Assembly (NCBI RefSeq): GCF_037042905.1
Contig: NC_087245.1
Location: 10,914,001 to 10,978,000, forward strand
Direction: 5' to 3'
DNA: 64,000 bases
Source of the DNA: Lytechinus pictus
Lineage: Eukaryota
Position 1 is the first letter of the stretch, and every line of letters starts with the position of its first letter. The notes beneath the pieces were generated by a model. The model had not been told where the DNA came from. It saw nothing but the letters and a program-made list of their open reading frames with translations, and made no database searches. The translations under genes and the position numbers were made by a program. Below, in pieces: positions 1-15,100 of the stretch.

Positions 1-140
1 TCAGTGACATCTCCAAAGACAGTAGGTTCAACATAGAATCCCTTGTCTCCCATTCTTGCACCACCAGATACAAGCTTGGCTCCTTCAGATTTCCCACTAT
101 CAATGTAGCCAAGGATCTTATCCATCTGCTCTTTGTCAAC
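1..140 (-). CDS. ALDH2: ALDH2 coding exon 11 (truncated by window edge)
   Basis: [46 protein letters not shown]..., acceptor AG at 141-142. Confidence 0.95.
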
Positions 141-3100
141 CTAATTGTATCAAAATGAAGCAATGACATACCACTATAAACACATCAGGACTCATTTTTT
201 ATTTTTATAGGAGTGGGTGTGTAATTGTAAGTATATAAATTGAATGCAAAGGTAAAGCCATCTACAATTTTGTGAGAAAATTTCATTTTGTGGAATTTAT
301 ATCCCATGACATATAGGGAAGCAGCTCGCCTGTGACATCACAAAAAAGCAATAAACAAACTTTAATAGATCACAACTGTTAAACTTCTTTAGCTTTTCAG
401 CAAATCTTGACCAATCTTTCTTCTGTTTTGGTTTCTGCTTTTACAATGTTGGATCAGGGTAAATTTCCACTTACACTAGATGGAGGTTATACCACTTTCA
501 AGATTTGTGGATGCAGATCGAAATGAATACAGCTTATTTCTATTCATGAAAAGTCAAGGACAAAAATAATCTGAATAAGTCAATCCGCAATCCATCTGCA
601 CTCAATCTCATTTTTAATTCATAAACAGGACTTTCAAATAGTGCAGCTAGTTCTGAGGTAAAAGGTTTTGTTTCCCACGCCAAGCTCTGCCCCAACTTTA
701 CTATGATGATAATCCACAGTATTTCCTAGCTGCACTTGTACTTGAAAAAAAATAATACGGACCATAAATAAAGATGCTTTAATAGGAGGAAATTATAATT
801 TGTTAACAAATTTTCAGCATTACTCCTATGTGTTTAAGATCGCATGCTCGATCTGTAATGAAAATCATAAGTCAGAAAAAATTGGAACCAGTGGGATTCG
901 AACCTGCCATCTACTGCTTTCCAGGCAGCAACTTAACCACCAGGCTATTCTGGTTCATGGCTAAATCACGGTGAACTGGAATTCAAATACTCTGAATTCA
1001 AAAATGCAATTTTAATGCTGAATCTGCATTATTCTGATCTGTATTCAATCCCAACTTTTTAAGGGTGAAATGTGTATTAGATGATAGAAGGCATACCTGT
1101 GGACCTTGCTCATTTGAAGCATCAAATGGACTCCCAACGGTGCGTGCTTTAGCACGAGCTGCTGCTTTCTCTAAAAAGTCATCATAGATACTGTCTTCAA
1201 CAAAGGTCCTTGATCCAGCACAGCAGCACTGTCCCATGTTGAAGAAAAGAGCAAAGTGACTCTGCTCAACAGCATAATCAACTGAAAATAAAACGTGTAT
1301 TATCTTAATAATACCCTATATATGAATTTGAATTAAGAGAAGTGCAACTGATTATGGCCTTAAAAGAACAAAAGCCCTTTTGAAGGATAATGCAATGTGC
1401 CAGGTATGTTCCTACATGTACATTAGCACATAAATGTAATCTACTGGTAGGATGTCTCAACTTGAAGCCCATACCCCCCCTGTCGTTATTATTGGTTGAT
1501 GAAAGGAATTCCAAACCTTAAAGAAATATCAGACATAATCCTTTAATAACAAATAGATTCAGAGTTGAATAAGTATTTATCAAACATTACAGGTCCCAAA
1601 AATGAACATACACTTTTGATGAAAGGAGCGTAATTTATGCTATCAAAATATAGCCTAGAATATATTGCCTTGACAGGAAAAGTGGAGAGACGGTGTAGTC
1701 ATGGAGGAATACTTTGGATGAACAGTCTTCAGATACTAGAAGAAAGACAAAGATAAAATTGGAGGTGGTGCTCAAAGAGAGTGCTATGAGCGGTTAAGTA
1801 TAAAAACACCTAGAGAAAATAGCCCAAAGTTCATTTACATCAAACTTAGTCTATTTTTGCCACTAGGTTTGAACCCATTGAAATCACAGGGATAAAAGAC
1901 TAGGACCCCGTTCTCATTACCGTCCTAAAACTGGTTTACTAGAAACTATTTTAGTGGAAACTAGTTTAACGTGTAATGAGAACGGTTGAAGCAGTCTTGG
2001 AAGCGATCTTCCAAACCGGTTTGGAAAACCACCTCGCAATGTAGTTTTCAAGATCTCTTTGCCTCGCTAAACTGGTTTTAGCACGAGGACACAACCATTC
2101 TTTGCACATGTGTGTAGAATGTCTACGCCGCGGTTTCAAATTTTCGTGCGAAACTGAGAGCGTATCAATAGCAACAAGATCGCTTACAGTGAATCAGCTG
2201 TGAAGTGGTTTTGAAAACCACTTTTGGGTGATCAAATGGGAACGCTAGCATCGCGATCTTCTAAACTGGTTTCCTGAACCAATAAACTAGTTTTTAGGAT
2301 TGTAATGAGAATGGTGTCTAATTGTAAGATTATCTAAAACACTATCAACATAGTTGAAGCTTCTCCAATCATTACTTACAGTCACAGTCAGCCATGACAA
2401 TGTTTGGGCTCTTGCCTCCCAGCTCTAGAGTGACTTTCTTGATGTTATCTGCTGCAGCAGACTGGATGATTTTACCAACCTACCAAGATAAAATAAAAAC
2501 AAGAAAGGTGGTCTTCAAATTAAGTAATTAGTAAAAAAATATACAAGGAAAAGAGGTAAAACTGAAATAATTCCTAGGGCAATGCTAAATTCATGCATGC
2601 ATTACAAATTTATCAATCAGGGTTGGAATTACATTCTTTTTGGAATTCTGGGATATTGTAATTCTTTGTTTGATTTGTTGCAAGATTAGAATTGACTCTG
2701 TCTAAATGACTGAAGACCATCATTACAATGACATCTTGCTAATATTTTTTTTTATAGAGATATAGATATATTCATAAGTTTTTAGACTTTAATGGAATAC
2801 TAATCCACTTGTAATTCTACCATAGCCAGTCCCAATCCGTGTTAAATGTCAAGTTTACCCAGAAGAAATTTGATTTGAATCAATAGAATAGAATCAGAGA
2901 AGCAAATCATTGAAAATTTAATCAAAGTCGGATGTACAATGAGAAAGTTATGACATTTCAAAATTTAGCTTATTTTTCACAAAACAGTTATCCAACTCAG
3001 TGATATGCAAATGAGAGAATCGATGATGTCCCTCACTCACTATTTCTTGTTTTTTATTGTTTGAATCATACAATAATTCAAGTTTTACTGATTTGATAAT

Positions 3101-6100
3101 AAGGACCCTCGTGTTTGAACCACAAAATGTTACAAAAAAGGTAATTCCACATGTTCAGGGAGGAAAAAACATTTGTTTCATATGATCATGAGGAAAAAAA
3201 TTACATTCATATTTCATGTAATGAAATACAAAAGAAAAAGTGAGTGGATGACGTAATCAGTCTCCTCATTTCCATACTGACCAGGATGTGAATATAACTG
3301 TTTTGTGAAATAAATTGAAACTTTAAAATGTCATAACTTTCTAATTTTCCAGCCGATTTTGGTGAAATTTTCAGTGTCACACTTGTTTGATTTTTCTCTT
3401 TTTATTCAAACCAACTTTTTTTGGGGGTGGACTTGTCCTTTAAAAAAAGAGGTTAGGCGTAGACTAGCCACCCTACCCTGCAAAAAACGACATGCTGCAG
3501 AAACCGATACAGCTGAAAATAGTGACAATTTTTAGGGCATGCATATACATGTAGATGGGCTAGGGATACTCGCCAAGAACACAAGAAACAGGTGTTCAGC
3601 TGTAGATGCCATATACACATCCAAATGTGAAGAGGATTAACTATCCATTTGTGGATAATTTTTGCATTGCTCGACCAAATTTGACTACTTCTTTGACTGA
3701 TTTGTTGTGAGCAATTAAATTGCAACACAAAGCCAGTTAGTCTTTTATTCCATTTAATACTCAAGTAATAGAGCCAAGTAAGTACAGTAGAGGTCATAAT
3801 TCCTTTGTGTGGTTAAAATCTTTTAACTGATCAAGTTTAAAGCATTTCTGAGAAGAATTGTATTGCATTGTATAAAATATTCTTCAAAGTACCATCTTCT
3901 CATGGTATTGTGGTTGAGTCTTGATTACAGATCAAGGTTGAAAGTTTGATTTTCACACTAGAGATGTTTTGATGGAATTTATTTTGTCAAGAAAAAAGAA
4001 AGTTCTACAGCCGCTGATCACACAATCAAGGTGAATATTTCCAGGATGGTAGAGAATGATATAACGCACCTCCTCCCCCCCAAGAATAAGGGTTAAAGAT
4101 ATAGAAAAAGAAACCACCTATTACGATTTTGTTTTTAAGTCACTCTTTATGATACTTTGAAGTGCATACAAGACAGCTTTCTTTCTTACCTCTGTGGATC
4201 CAGTGAAAGCAACCTTCTCAATACCAGGATGAGATGCCACAGCAGCTCCTGCAGTAGGACCATATCCTGGTAGAACATTGACCACACCCGGTGGGAAACC
4301 AGCCTAAATCGACAAATAAAATAGACAGGAAGGCATGTTAGTTGGACACATCAAGAACTAGAAGTATTTCTTATGGCATGCGGTCAGCCAGACCCCAAAA
4401 TCTATAATTTTCCAATAATGAACTTTGTGACATTCAAAATTTGACCCCAAAATCTAATCAGATGAACTTCAATTACAAATGCATAATGAGGCAATTTTGA
4501 AATTGCTTCATCTGGAGGTTCTTTAGTTATCGCAAGAACAAGATATTTTCAGGTATATAATGAAAAGAGCTTGAGTTGAGCCGACTGGTGACCGACCGAT
4601 ACTGCCAGTCACTGGTGCTATTTCTGCCAGACCAGTGGACTGCAGAAAAAAAGAAATTCATTGGGAATATACAGAGTAAAAAATTATGACAATTAATACA
4701 TGCATGATTAAGATCTAAATTTCTGAAAATTTTCATATGATTATTATATTTCTTCATGCTTTGGATATATTTTTGCAATATCATTTCTCATTATTACTCT
4801 ATTTATGATTTTGGTTAGTTTATCTGTCAAAAGTTTTGTATAAATTAGCTCATGCTACAGATCAATCTTGCAATAGAATGCCATTATCATTAACAAAATT
4901 GGGCCATGGAAAGATGATAGCCATGCAGGACAATTTCCTTGCTTGAATTTATCAGCCTGTACCATTCTAGTTGCGTGGACATGGCTACTTTGTTCTGCTG
5001 GTTTGTGACTCTTAACTCTACTGTAGTTATATCTTATGTGTAAGTACATGGATTATACCTCTTTGATCAGATTAGATATATATAGAGCTGTCAGCGGAGT
5101 CTGTTCAGCAACCTTCATGACGACAGTGCAGCCAGCAGCAAGGGCTGGTCCAAGCTTCCAGGCTTGCATCAACAGAGGGAAGTTCCACTGTGAAGGTAAA
5201 TGAATGAAATCATCAAATGATATTTGACTCAATTGAGTTTTAAACCACATGCATTCAAAATACACACCTCCTGACCTGAACTATATCACACATTTATCAT
5301 CCTAATCAAATTTTCAAATATAACCATAACTGTGTCAGGGGTCTCTTGCATTTGAACACAACTTGAAAGATCAAAATACAGATCCCACATGCACACTGCT
5401 GATTGGTTCATGTTGTGCCTGATTTTGGAGAAGTGTTTGATTACATCATTCCTATACTTAAACTTAAATCTGTTATGATTGACCTTTATGATGTACATGC
5501 ACGCTCCAGTAACACACATAATTTTAGTACATCATATACATGTGGCAAAAAAGTGGGAAGTTGGAATCACACTTATTGTCAAACTAAAGTCACAATTCCA
5601 TTCCACATTTTGAAAGTATATAGATGAGGGGACAGAGAAGAAACATTGAGATTGAGTCATTTTGTCCTTCCCAGGTACAGCAGGCTATAATAATGGAGTT
5701 TTTAAAGGAGAGTTATCCTACACGAGATACTGCTATTTCAAACTTTTAGTTTCCGGGTTCAAACCTGGTAACTCAGAAATTATGATTTTTACCCTAGTTT
5801 CTCTTCTAAATCTGAATATAATTTACTTGAAGAGAATAACTGGACTATTGCTTCAGTAATCAAAACTATGAATTGGCATACATGTAAAAATAGAATGTAA
5901 AATTGCCAGACATCATTGTCACAGTTTTGTGTACATGTGGAATAAAAGCTGGCAGGTTACAGTCACCATTATTATTTGGGGGTTTTCATACTGAAATGTT
6001 AACGTAATGTTTTCTATGGTTGCTATCATGTGATAAATGTTGTGAGGATTAGCAACATATCTTCATTCATCCTCGTTCCAGACAGCATGATTACCTACAG

Positions 6101-9100
6101 GCAAATACAACAAAGGAGAAATTGTTGTAATCACCTCCCCCCACTGCCACCCGACTTTAATGTCACTGACACTCGGCCTTGCTTTCGCAATATGTAGATG
6201 TAGACATACATGTATGTAGATGTAGACATACACTTTTAAAGTATGATTAAGGGTCACAACCTTTTTTTATGGCAGATTTTCTTCCTGCTTTTTAAAATCC
6301 TTTTTATTCAAGGATAATATGTATTTTATTGATGTTGCATGATTGAATGCTCCGCCTGACAAACCATCTTTGCCCTATTCAGAGCATGACAAAAACATGA
6401 TCTGAGCATGCACATTTGTATTGATAAAATAGAGAAGCTTTATTGCTTCTTCATAATAGCTTAAAAATAAGCCAGACAATTACATGTACATGGACCTTGA
6501 GACCAAGCTTCCCTTGTAATATTACATAAGAACTGGGTCAAGATAGGGATAAAGAAATGTGAGGAAGATGAAATAAACAATGAAATAAAAATAAATACTT
6601 ACTGGAATAATCTGCCCACATACTCCGACTGGTTCATGCCTGGTGTAGGCAAAGAAATTTCCATCTATTCAAGAAATGATAACCAAAGGAATAAAATCAA
6701 AGTATGATACTATTAAATTTTTTAATTTACTCACACACGACAAAACATGATTAACAAAACAGAATTTCATCATGATCCTGATACACATGTAAAATATACA
6801 AATGATATGCATATAGATTACAATTAGCAATTGGAAACAAAAAAAGACATTCCAATCTAATATAGCAAAATGAAAATTTGCAAATTAAAAAAAATATATT
6901 CAAAAAGAGCTACTTATATTCAATACAAAGAGATTTATAACTTCTTCAAATCTTTATACTCATTATTTGCAAGAGCACAAAGCTTCTTTGCTTGAGTACT
7001 AGTTCAAATGATGGTATGATTATACAACCGTATAGCATTTACATGTACATGTATGACATGAGGCACATATTATCTAGTTGCCTATTCAGTGGCTCACTAT
7101 ACACAGGGTAATATTCATGTCCATTCTCAAAATTAAAAAGATTACTTCTAAAGTTCTAACATAGATGCAGACTAAAATGTTCTTCAGAGTTACGCTACAT
7201 CTGCGTTTTAGATTCTTTGCACAATTTTGATGAAAACTTCCTGGTTCATGTAGGTCACTAACAGGAATTTTGAGAACACAAATTACTGTAAACACCTATG
7301 TATTAAATGCATTTTAAAGGCCAAGTTCATCTAAACTTCAGAAAAATCAGATGTGAAATATGAAAATTACAGCATTTTAAAACATGTACATCCTGACATT
7401 TTTGCAAATAAGGGATGATGCCATACACTAACATTTTCTTAGTTATTTCATTATTTCAAAATCCACCAGTTTAATAGATGATTCAAAGATGATTCAGTCA
7501 GTTGGAGGTGCACACCAGTTTTGTTTATAAGTATTAGTTGTGTCTTTTATTTAAATTTCTTTTTTCCCCTCAAGTGTTAACCATAAACAGAACACAGTGT
7601 GTTTAGAAACGCCTATAAGAGCCTTACAAATGTTAAGTATTATTGTGACTTTTTGTCAAACTTTATACCTTATTTCAATTTCCTTGACCCGGGGTCTGGC
7701 TCTACTCTCCGCTTGTGCATATTTGTCTCTGTCAGAATTATTTGTAAATTGACTACATTGTATAACTATGCCAATCTTTTTAGAAAATAAAATCACTGAT
7801 ATACATGTATGATTCAATTTTCTTGAAAAAGAGATCCCACCAAAGCAAAATTATTCAGAAAGTTGATTTTATATTTTCTAAGAGTAATCAAACCATGTTT
7901 TACATCACTGTGAATTTTAAACACATACACCAGTAAACCAAGTTTATTGGCTGTGTATTATACATCATCAGCTCTCTAATCTGCTTAAATCAAGTGTGAT
8001 AGTGCATATTTTTTGCAAATAATAAAAAACAAAAAAAATCATCGCTTCCTTTCTTTCTTACATCCGATTCTGATGGAATTTTATTTTTAAGACAGTGTAG
8101 TTGGATTTACTCTATTTTTTTTCAATCATCTCTTTGCTGGGATGGAATTGAATTTTAAATAAAAAGTGTATGGGATGCACTTTCGACTGGTTTTTATAAA
8201 CAGTGTAAGTGTGGCGAGAGCTTTGACGAGCATATCAGCATACCCATGTATCATGGGCTTAGAAAATTGCAAGGGGAGAAAATCTTTATGATATACATAA
8301 ACCATTTTCTTTTATACCAAACTGATCTGCAATTAAAAAAAATCTGCTTATTCAATATTTTCTTACAAATAAGCATATTGTGAATGATCCCCCATTTTAT
8401 TTCACACCATGTGCCCCGTTATGGTAGATGTGGTACCATAAAACATCCTTTATTGATATTCCAATTCCACTTGCAAATACACCCAAACTTATTACAATAA
8501 AAACCAAACCTAGAGGGACAAAAAAAAAAGGTTCGTTTGGAAGCAATACCAGCAAAAGTATCTTCCTGCCTTGTGGTTTTAATTACAGCACAGTTAATAA
8601 AAAACATTTTTAAATGATGGCACCCACACCACATACTATCTTGAAAGAAATACATGTACAAATACATCATGAGCCCTACTTGAAAAAGGCAACATGTTCA
8701 GGAATTTTGTGCATTACTCTTCTGACTAACTTTTTTTGTGTATGAAGCCTGTGTAGAGTTTTGATAGTTTAATTTGATCTATATTGAATTATTATTCTAA
8801 GCAATCCAACTTGTAACTATATCATTATTCACTGATTGGTCAATTTTTTTTTGCATTTTATATATTGATTGATCAGTCGATTCTTTGATTCTTTTTCCTC
8901 ATTATCAATTCATTGATTAGTCTTTTCTTGATTTTCACCTTAAATTGATTGGTCTATTCTTTGATTTTGCCTTTAACCTATTCATTGATCAGTGAATTCT
9001 TTGATTTTTGCCTTTTATCAATTCGGCATTAAAAACCCCAAAACAGGGATGCGGGGGAAGAAGTTGCCCTGGAAATGCTCAAAAGAACCCTGGAAGACTA

Positions 9101-12100
9101 CATTTGTAGGAACAGGCCCTGGAAATTCATATAGGGTTGTAAATTTTAAAATAAACCACAGATTTGGCTGGTTAACTTAAAACGCATCACAAGAAAGTGT
9201 TTTTAACAAAGGTACTTGAAACATTTCAGAAAGATACAACATCTTTCATCCAATTTCATGCTTGAGTTGTGGCTATAATTTATACCAAAGTAAAGGGGGG
9301 AATCATGCATTTTGGGGACCCAAAATTACTTGAACACCACATTTGTGACATGAATAAGTAATTGAAAATGAATACTGGTAATCAGGATATAAAGTTTACA
9401 TATGCCTTTAATCTGGGAACATCATTGATGTATCTAGGAAAATCACTGAAAGAACTGGGTAACTAGTGTACAAGATTGTAATATATGGGATAGTCTTTTT
9501 TGACATGGGTCCCTCATAAATTCAAGTTACTTTTAAAGTATTAAGAACAAAAAATGGGCATGTGAGTGAGTTAGCTACATGTATTTACATTGTATCTCTA
9601 AGACAATCTGTTAAAATAAAATGTAAAAACAGTATCTCAAAATATTAAGCTGAAGCAAGAGATGCAAATGACTCCAATGATCCCATATAATTTATCAAAA
9701 AATTAACTACATGAAACCACAGTTCATCCCAAAACTCTTTGCCAGATTTGTTGCAAAGGCAAAGGGCTGTGCCCTCAATAAAAATCGTTATTGCATACCT
9801 CTGCTTTTGAATACTGAGAGGCATAAATTCAATAGAATAAAAGAATGGCCATGACTAGTCAATCACTGTGCATGTATTATAAATGCATGGGTGGCCTTAT
9901 TGTATTTTGATAGGGGCTGGGGAAAAACTAACCATATGCGGGATTAAGTATTTCTTTGTCTCTTTCCCTATTATTTTCTTCCTTTACCTCCCATTTCTGT
10001 TTTTTTACTTTTGATATTCAGGACCTACTTTTCATACAAATCATCAACAACATAACAAAATGGCATAAGTTCATCCCCCACCTGTATTCCTATTCCAGAG
10101 CTCATCACAAGATGAGATCCAAACATAACACCGAGGTGTAATGGCACTGTTTGTGCACATCTGTCAAGGTCTCAATGAGGTCATATTGGCAAATTATTAA
10201 TTGCAAGAGGCAACCTACTGGATATAATTATGCATGCATGTATCACAACTGAATCACTCTAGATACAGAGTCCCTGTAAACTATGTATACCCATTAGTAG
10301 CTAGTCACAAACATTTTAAACTTAGACCCTCTAATGGCAACATGATCACAATATCGAGTGTTTATTCCTTCAGGAAGGCTCTGTATCCCACCCCTTGCAG
10401 TTACTGTGCTAAATGACAACTTAAACATATTTTCAGATGATACTTTTCGATAGGAACTTCCACTCATAAAGTAATCACTGCCACGGCACCCCTTCACACC
10501 TTTACTTGTACTTTGATCATCCTGAATTCAAGGGAACTCTTGAAACATGGCAACTCTCTAAAATTATGTCTGTTCATGGCTCATGTGGCTACAAGGTAAC
10601 CACTTTAAAGATCAATATATGGCTTACACTCCATATTGAAGGTATACAGTTTTTTTTTTAATTAATTTGGCCTTCTTTCTGTTTTTATCTTGAACAGACA
10701 AGTGCAGAAGTACATATTTGTACATAGCAGAATGCTTGCTCACTGTCCAAGCTGAGCTGCACTGTCTACTGGTCAAGAACAGAATTGATTTCAAGGTCTC
10801 TTCCTAATTTTGAAAGCCATTCACAGTAGGCCTCAGGATATGTGTCATGGCTAACCATGCCCTTCTTCCATTTGACTTAATTCTTCAAGTGAAGTAGATC
10901 TCAAGGGGTATAGAGACCTTGGTATTATTCTTTATTGCTCTTGACCTATGGGACCTCCTTCCATTCCTCCAGATATTGACATTCAGGTCAAGAGCACACA
11001 CAGCTTAATTCAAGACTAATCCATGTATCTGCTAGGCACATATATGCTATCAAAGTTTTTTTTTTTTTTTATAGCAGTTTGCACCTTCGAATGTCTTAAG
11101 AGATGTAAGAGCTGCCAATCTGAAAAAGACCATTTCAGTATTATAAAAGCTGAAAAATCAGTATTTTGGTGAGGAAATAAGTATTTTTGAAGAAATCCAC
11201 AGGACAACACATACATACATATACAACTGTAACTTAAAAAATCAGTATTTTGAATGAAACGATCTGTATTCTTTTTCTTTTCAGTACTAATTACTGAAAA
11301 TCAGTACTACTTGGCAGCTCTGAGATGCTCACGATACTCACGTAAATTGACACTATAAAGGGTGTATGCGGCCCCTGTAAAATCCCCATTTCACATCAAC
11401 TGATATTACCACCCTTTCACTGACCAACCCGTTCTCCCCTGTTCCAAAGGTACATGTACGCAGATGTATGCAGTTGAAATCTCTTTCTCTGGTTTTCTTG
11501 CTTGTTTTGTAAGGAGTAATAACATTAAAAAATATCCCATTCCCAAGCCTTTCAGCTCGGGAATGAGCATTAGGGGCTATTGCGGATGTGAATGAGAATA
11601 GTATGTGCTTACTGGCTTGGTTTTCAATGCGTTGCTGACATGCATATTAAAGCCCTTATTTCAGGCATCAGTCCTCAAGACTCTAATTTCCTAAGCATCC
11701 CCATTTGCACAGTACCCCAGGGTAACCATCATGTCACTAATGAGTTAAAAAAGATTGAGATAAGAGTTGGAAAATAAGAAGTGTTTGAATAAAAACTATC
11801 CTTTTATCCCCATTTGCAGAGTACCACAGGGTCACTATCATGTCACTCATGAGTTAAAAACGATTTGAGATAAGAGTTGGAAAATAATAAGTGTTGAATA
11901 AAAACTACCCTTTTTATACTAGTAGTATACTATGAATGAATCAATGGGTGGAAAAGGTTTTATTCCCCTGTTCTAGATAAATGTACATGTACTCATGGAG
12001 GCATACTCAGTTTAGGCGCTAATACAGTTTTGCACCGGCTGATTTCGAGCAAATTTCCCCACCAGTAATTGTTCACAAATGTCATGACAAGTCTAGCTCT

Positions 12101-15100
12101 CAGTCACATTTCGAGGTCAATAAACAATATGCCCACCACTTTTCCAAATATCGCAATCTGGCTGTATTTCGGCTCTGTTCTCGACGTTATCGTTCAAATT
12201 CTCAGACATCGCTCCGCCTGGCTTCGCCATAATTTTGATATCGACTGAAAGGGGAATCCAGCCCAAATAAAAAGTTGTTTTTAGATGTAAAAAAATCAGA
12301 GAAGTTGATGCGTGAAAGCTTTAACAATATTGCATAAACAAGAAGAAAGTTATGAATTTTTAAAAGTTGTTAAAATTGGTAATAACTATACCCATGGAGA
12401 CTTCAAATTGGCCACGTTTGGGATGTCATAGTGATGTAAGGCAAGGACTACACTTCCATGTAGTCCAATGCATAAAATGGCTAAAATGTCATTTTTTCAA
12501 CAGTTTTACTTCAAATGATAGTTTTTCTTTCACGAGGACATAAAACAATATGCCACCTGGATGTATTTTTACTACTGCCCCAGGGGAATAAGTACTAAGG
12601 AGAAAACCACAAACCCCTAATAATTAAGTACATGGCCTAAAAGATGGGAAAGTTGTCCTTGCCTCTTGTCATAATTTACTTACCCAATTGCCAATTTGAA
12701 AATTACATAGTCTTAGGGATCTCAATTTCAAAGCAGCCACAGCTTTAACATTGCTTGTCCGATTTCTTTCAAACTTTCACCATTCTGTTTTTCTTATTTT
12801 TTTCTTTTCCAAAACAACATTTCATTACCAAGGTTGGATTCCCCTTGAAGTTAGCGACCAAAAGATTTGCCTGTGGCAGCACACCAATTAGTTCACTGCA
12901 TGTTCATATGATTTGGTCGTAAAACTTCAGTCCATATCAAAATTATGGCAAAGCAAAGCGGAGCGATATCTGAAAATTTGAACGATGACATCGAGATCGG
13001 AGCTGAAATACAGCCGTTCCCGATCACGATATTTGGAAAAACAGTGGGCATATTGTTTATTGATCTTGAAATGTGACTGAGAGACTTGCCATGACATTTG
13101 TGAACAATTTCTGGTGGGGAAATTTGCTCGAAGTCGGCCAGTACGAAAGTGCATTAACGCCATCAGTTCACAGTACGGAGGCAGATAGATCCAGGTAGGG
13201 GCACATGGGAAGCATACCTCCTCTATATTTAGAAATGACATAATATCAATATACATGTAGCTACAACTCTTGGATCCACCACTGAATATAGATGATTGAT
13301 TCCTTTGTATACATTTTGATTTGAACAGAGTGAGTGCATTAGAATATTTGAGTGCACACACAGGCTTCAGTTGAGCTCATCATATCTATTACTGTACTTC
13401 CAATATTCTCTACCAACTAGAATCAGATTCAATTATTTCACAACTCTTTAAAAAAACACAAAAATACAAATAAAATGCTTCTACAACAGAACATGTATTG
13501 CGAAGAATAAACAGACAAGGAGCAATGATCACCGCTGTACATGTACATGTACAGCAGATGTACGTGTACAGCGGATGTGGGGGAACAACAGAAATCCATT
13601 GGCCTATTGAGGTCCATCCCCCTACATGTAATTACCGTACAACAGGAAAGGGACAATTTACACACAAAAACAAAGCAAAGAAAAGGCAAAACAGAAGAAT
13701 AAACATCTGAGTTAGAAGGGGGGGGGGGGGGTTCACCTACATGTACCAACTACACATAAAAGTCCACAGAGACTGCAGTCGGTATGTGTGCACTGTACTC
13801 TATCCAATGGTACAAATACTTGTAGTCTAGTCTGTGGTGTTATGCTTGATTGAAACACCATACCTTAGGACAGTTTGGCCTTGGGTGATGTTAACAATAG
13901 AAGAAAAAATAAACAGGTAAAAATATGTACCACAATCTGGGATTATAGTCTATGCATGCAAGCATCATCTGCAATAGACCAAAAGCTTCAGTCTCTGTAT
14001 TTTGGTTGTTCCGCTGAACTGCGTTGGCTCACTCACCAATACATAGACTGAAGAGCTTGGAGGCCCGTACGTACAGACAACGTATTAGCAGTAACGTTAG
14101 ATCTAACATTCGGCGGAAAACCGATTTTCCGATCGTTTTTTTGTACATAAAATGTCACATTATGAAAAAGAAATCACATCCATATTAACGAAAAATGTTT
14201 AAAATTCAGAAATATCGTACCTTAGACCGCAGTTACCGCTAATTCCTTTCAAATGATGATCGAAACATCGTCATCTTCGATCCTTTCGTTGGTCAACGTA
14301 AGTTGCCATCTTTGATGACGTCATCATCCTTACAGACGTATTTACCAGTCGCTATATATTACGATTTGTGCCGCTGCTTTGCGCTTGTAGATGTGCGTGC
14401 GTTCGGAACTTGTCGCTCGCATTGATTGGCCAGGATATCGAAAATTTAATCGGAAAGCCTTGATAAAAGCACAACTCGTTGACGGCTGCCATTTTTTCCT
14501 CTCCGGCAGAAAATAAAAAAAGAAGGAATAACCCAGGGAATAACTCATCGGTAACGTATATTTTCGATATTTTATAGAACTTACATAGTTTCAAAAGAAA
14601 GATTAGGGTGTGGTTTCTTCATCCACTGTACATCATGGTAAATATCTAAGAAGGCATAATTTTGTGGATATAGTATGTTCGCTATTTTCTATCCTAAAAC
14701 AACTGGGAGAGGGCCCTTTTTTGTGATAAATCTCAACATGATAGGTTCGCTCCTCATTGTATCATGACCTTTTTTTAGGTATGCGGTTCTGAAATCATAA
14801 ACATGTCAGATTTCAGAAAGCAAAAAAAAAAAAAAATCATGTACAGATCAATGAAAATTCTGCTTCTGGCAAATTTCACGACTGTATTTTTACTTTTAGT
14901 ACTGATTAAAATAAACTAATTTCATTTTCTTTAAGATCGTAAGTGTTGTGGACAATTTACAATGAAAAAAAATCAATAAAAATCATGAGTAGTCTAGAAA
15001 AACATTGAAATACTTAAAAAAAACAATGAAAATAAAGAAATAAAATATTTGGATGCCAATTATTTTTTTGATGTGCATATGATCAGGATCTAACAAGAGT

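Noticed and set aside
12927..13361. 144-aa ORF
   Set aside because: Runs through the arm of a palindromic MITE; no protein motif.
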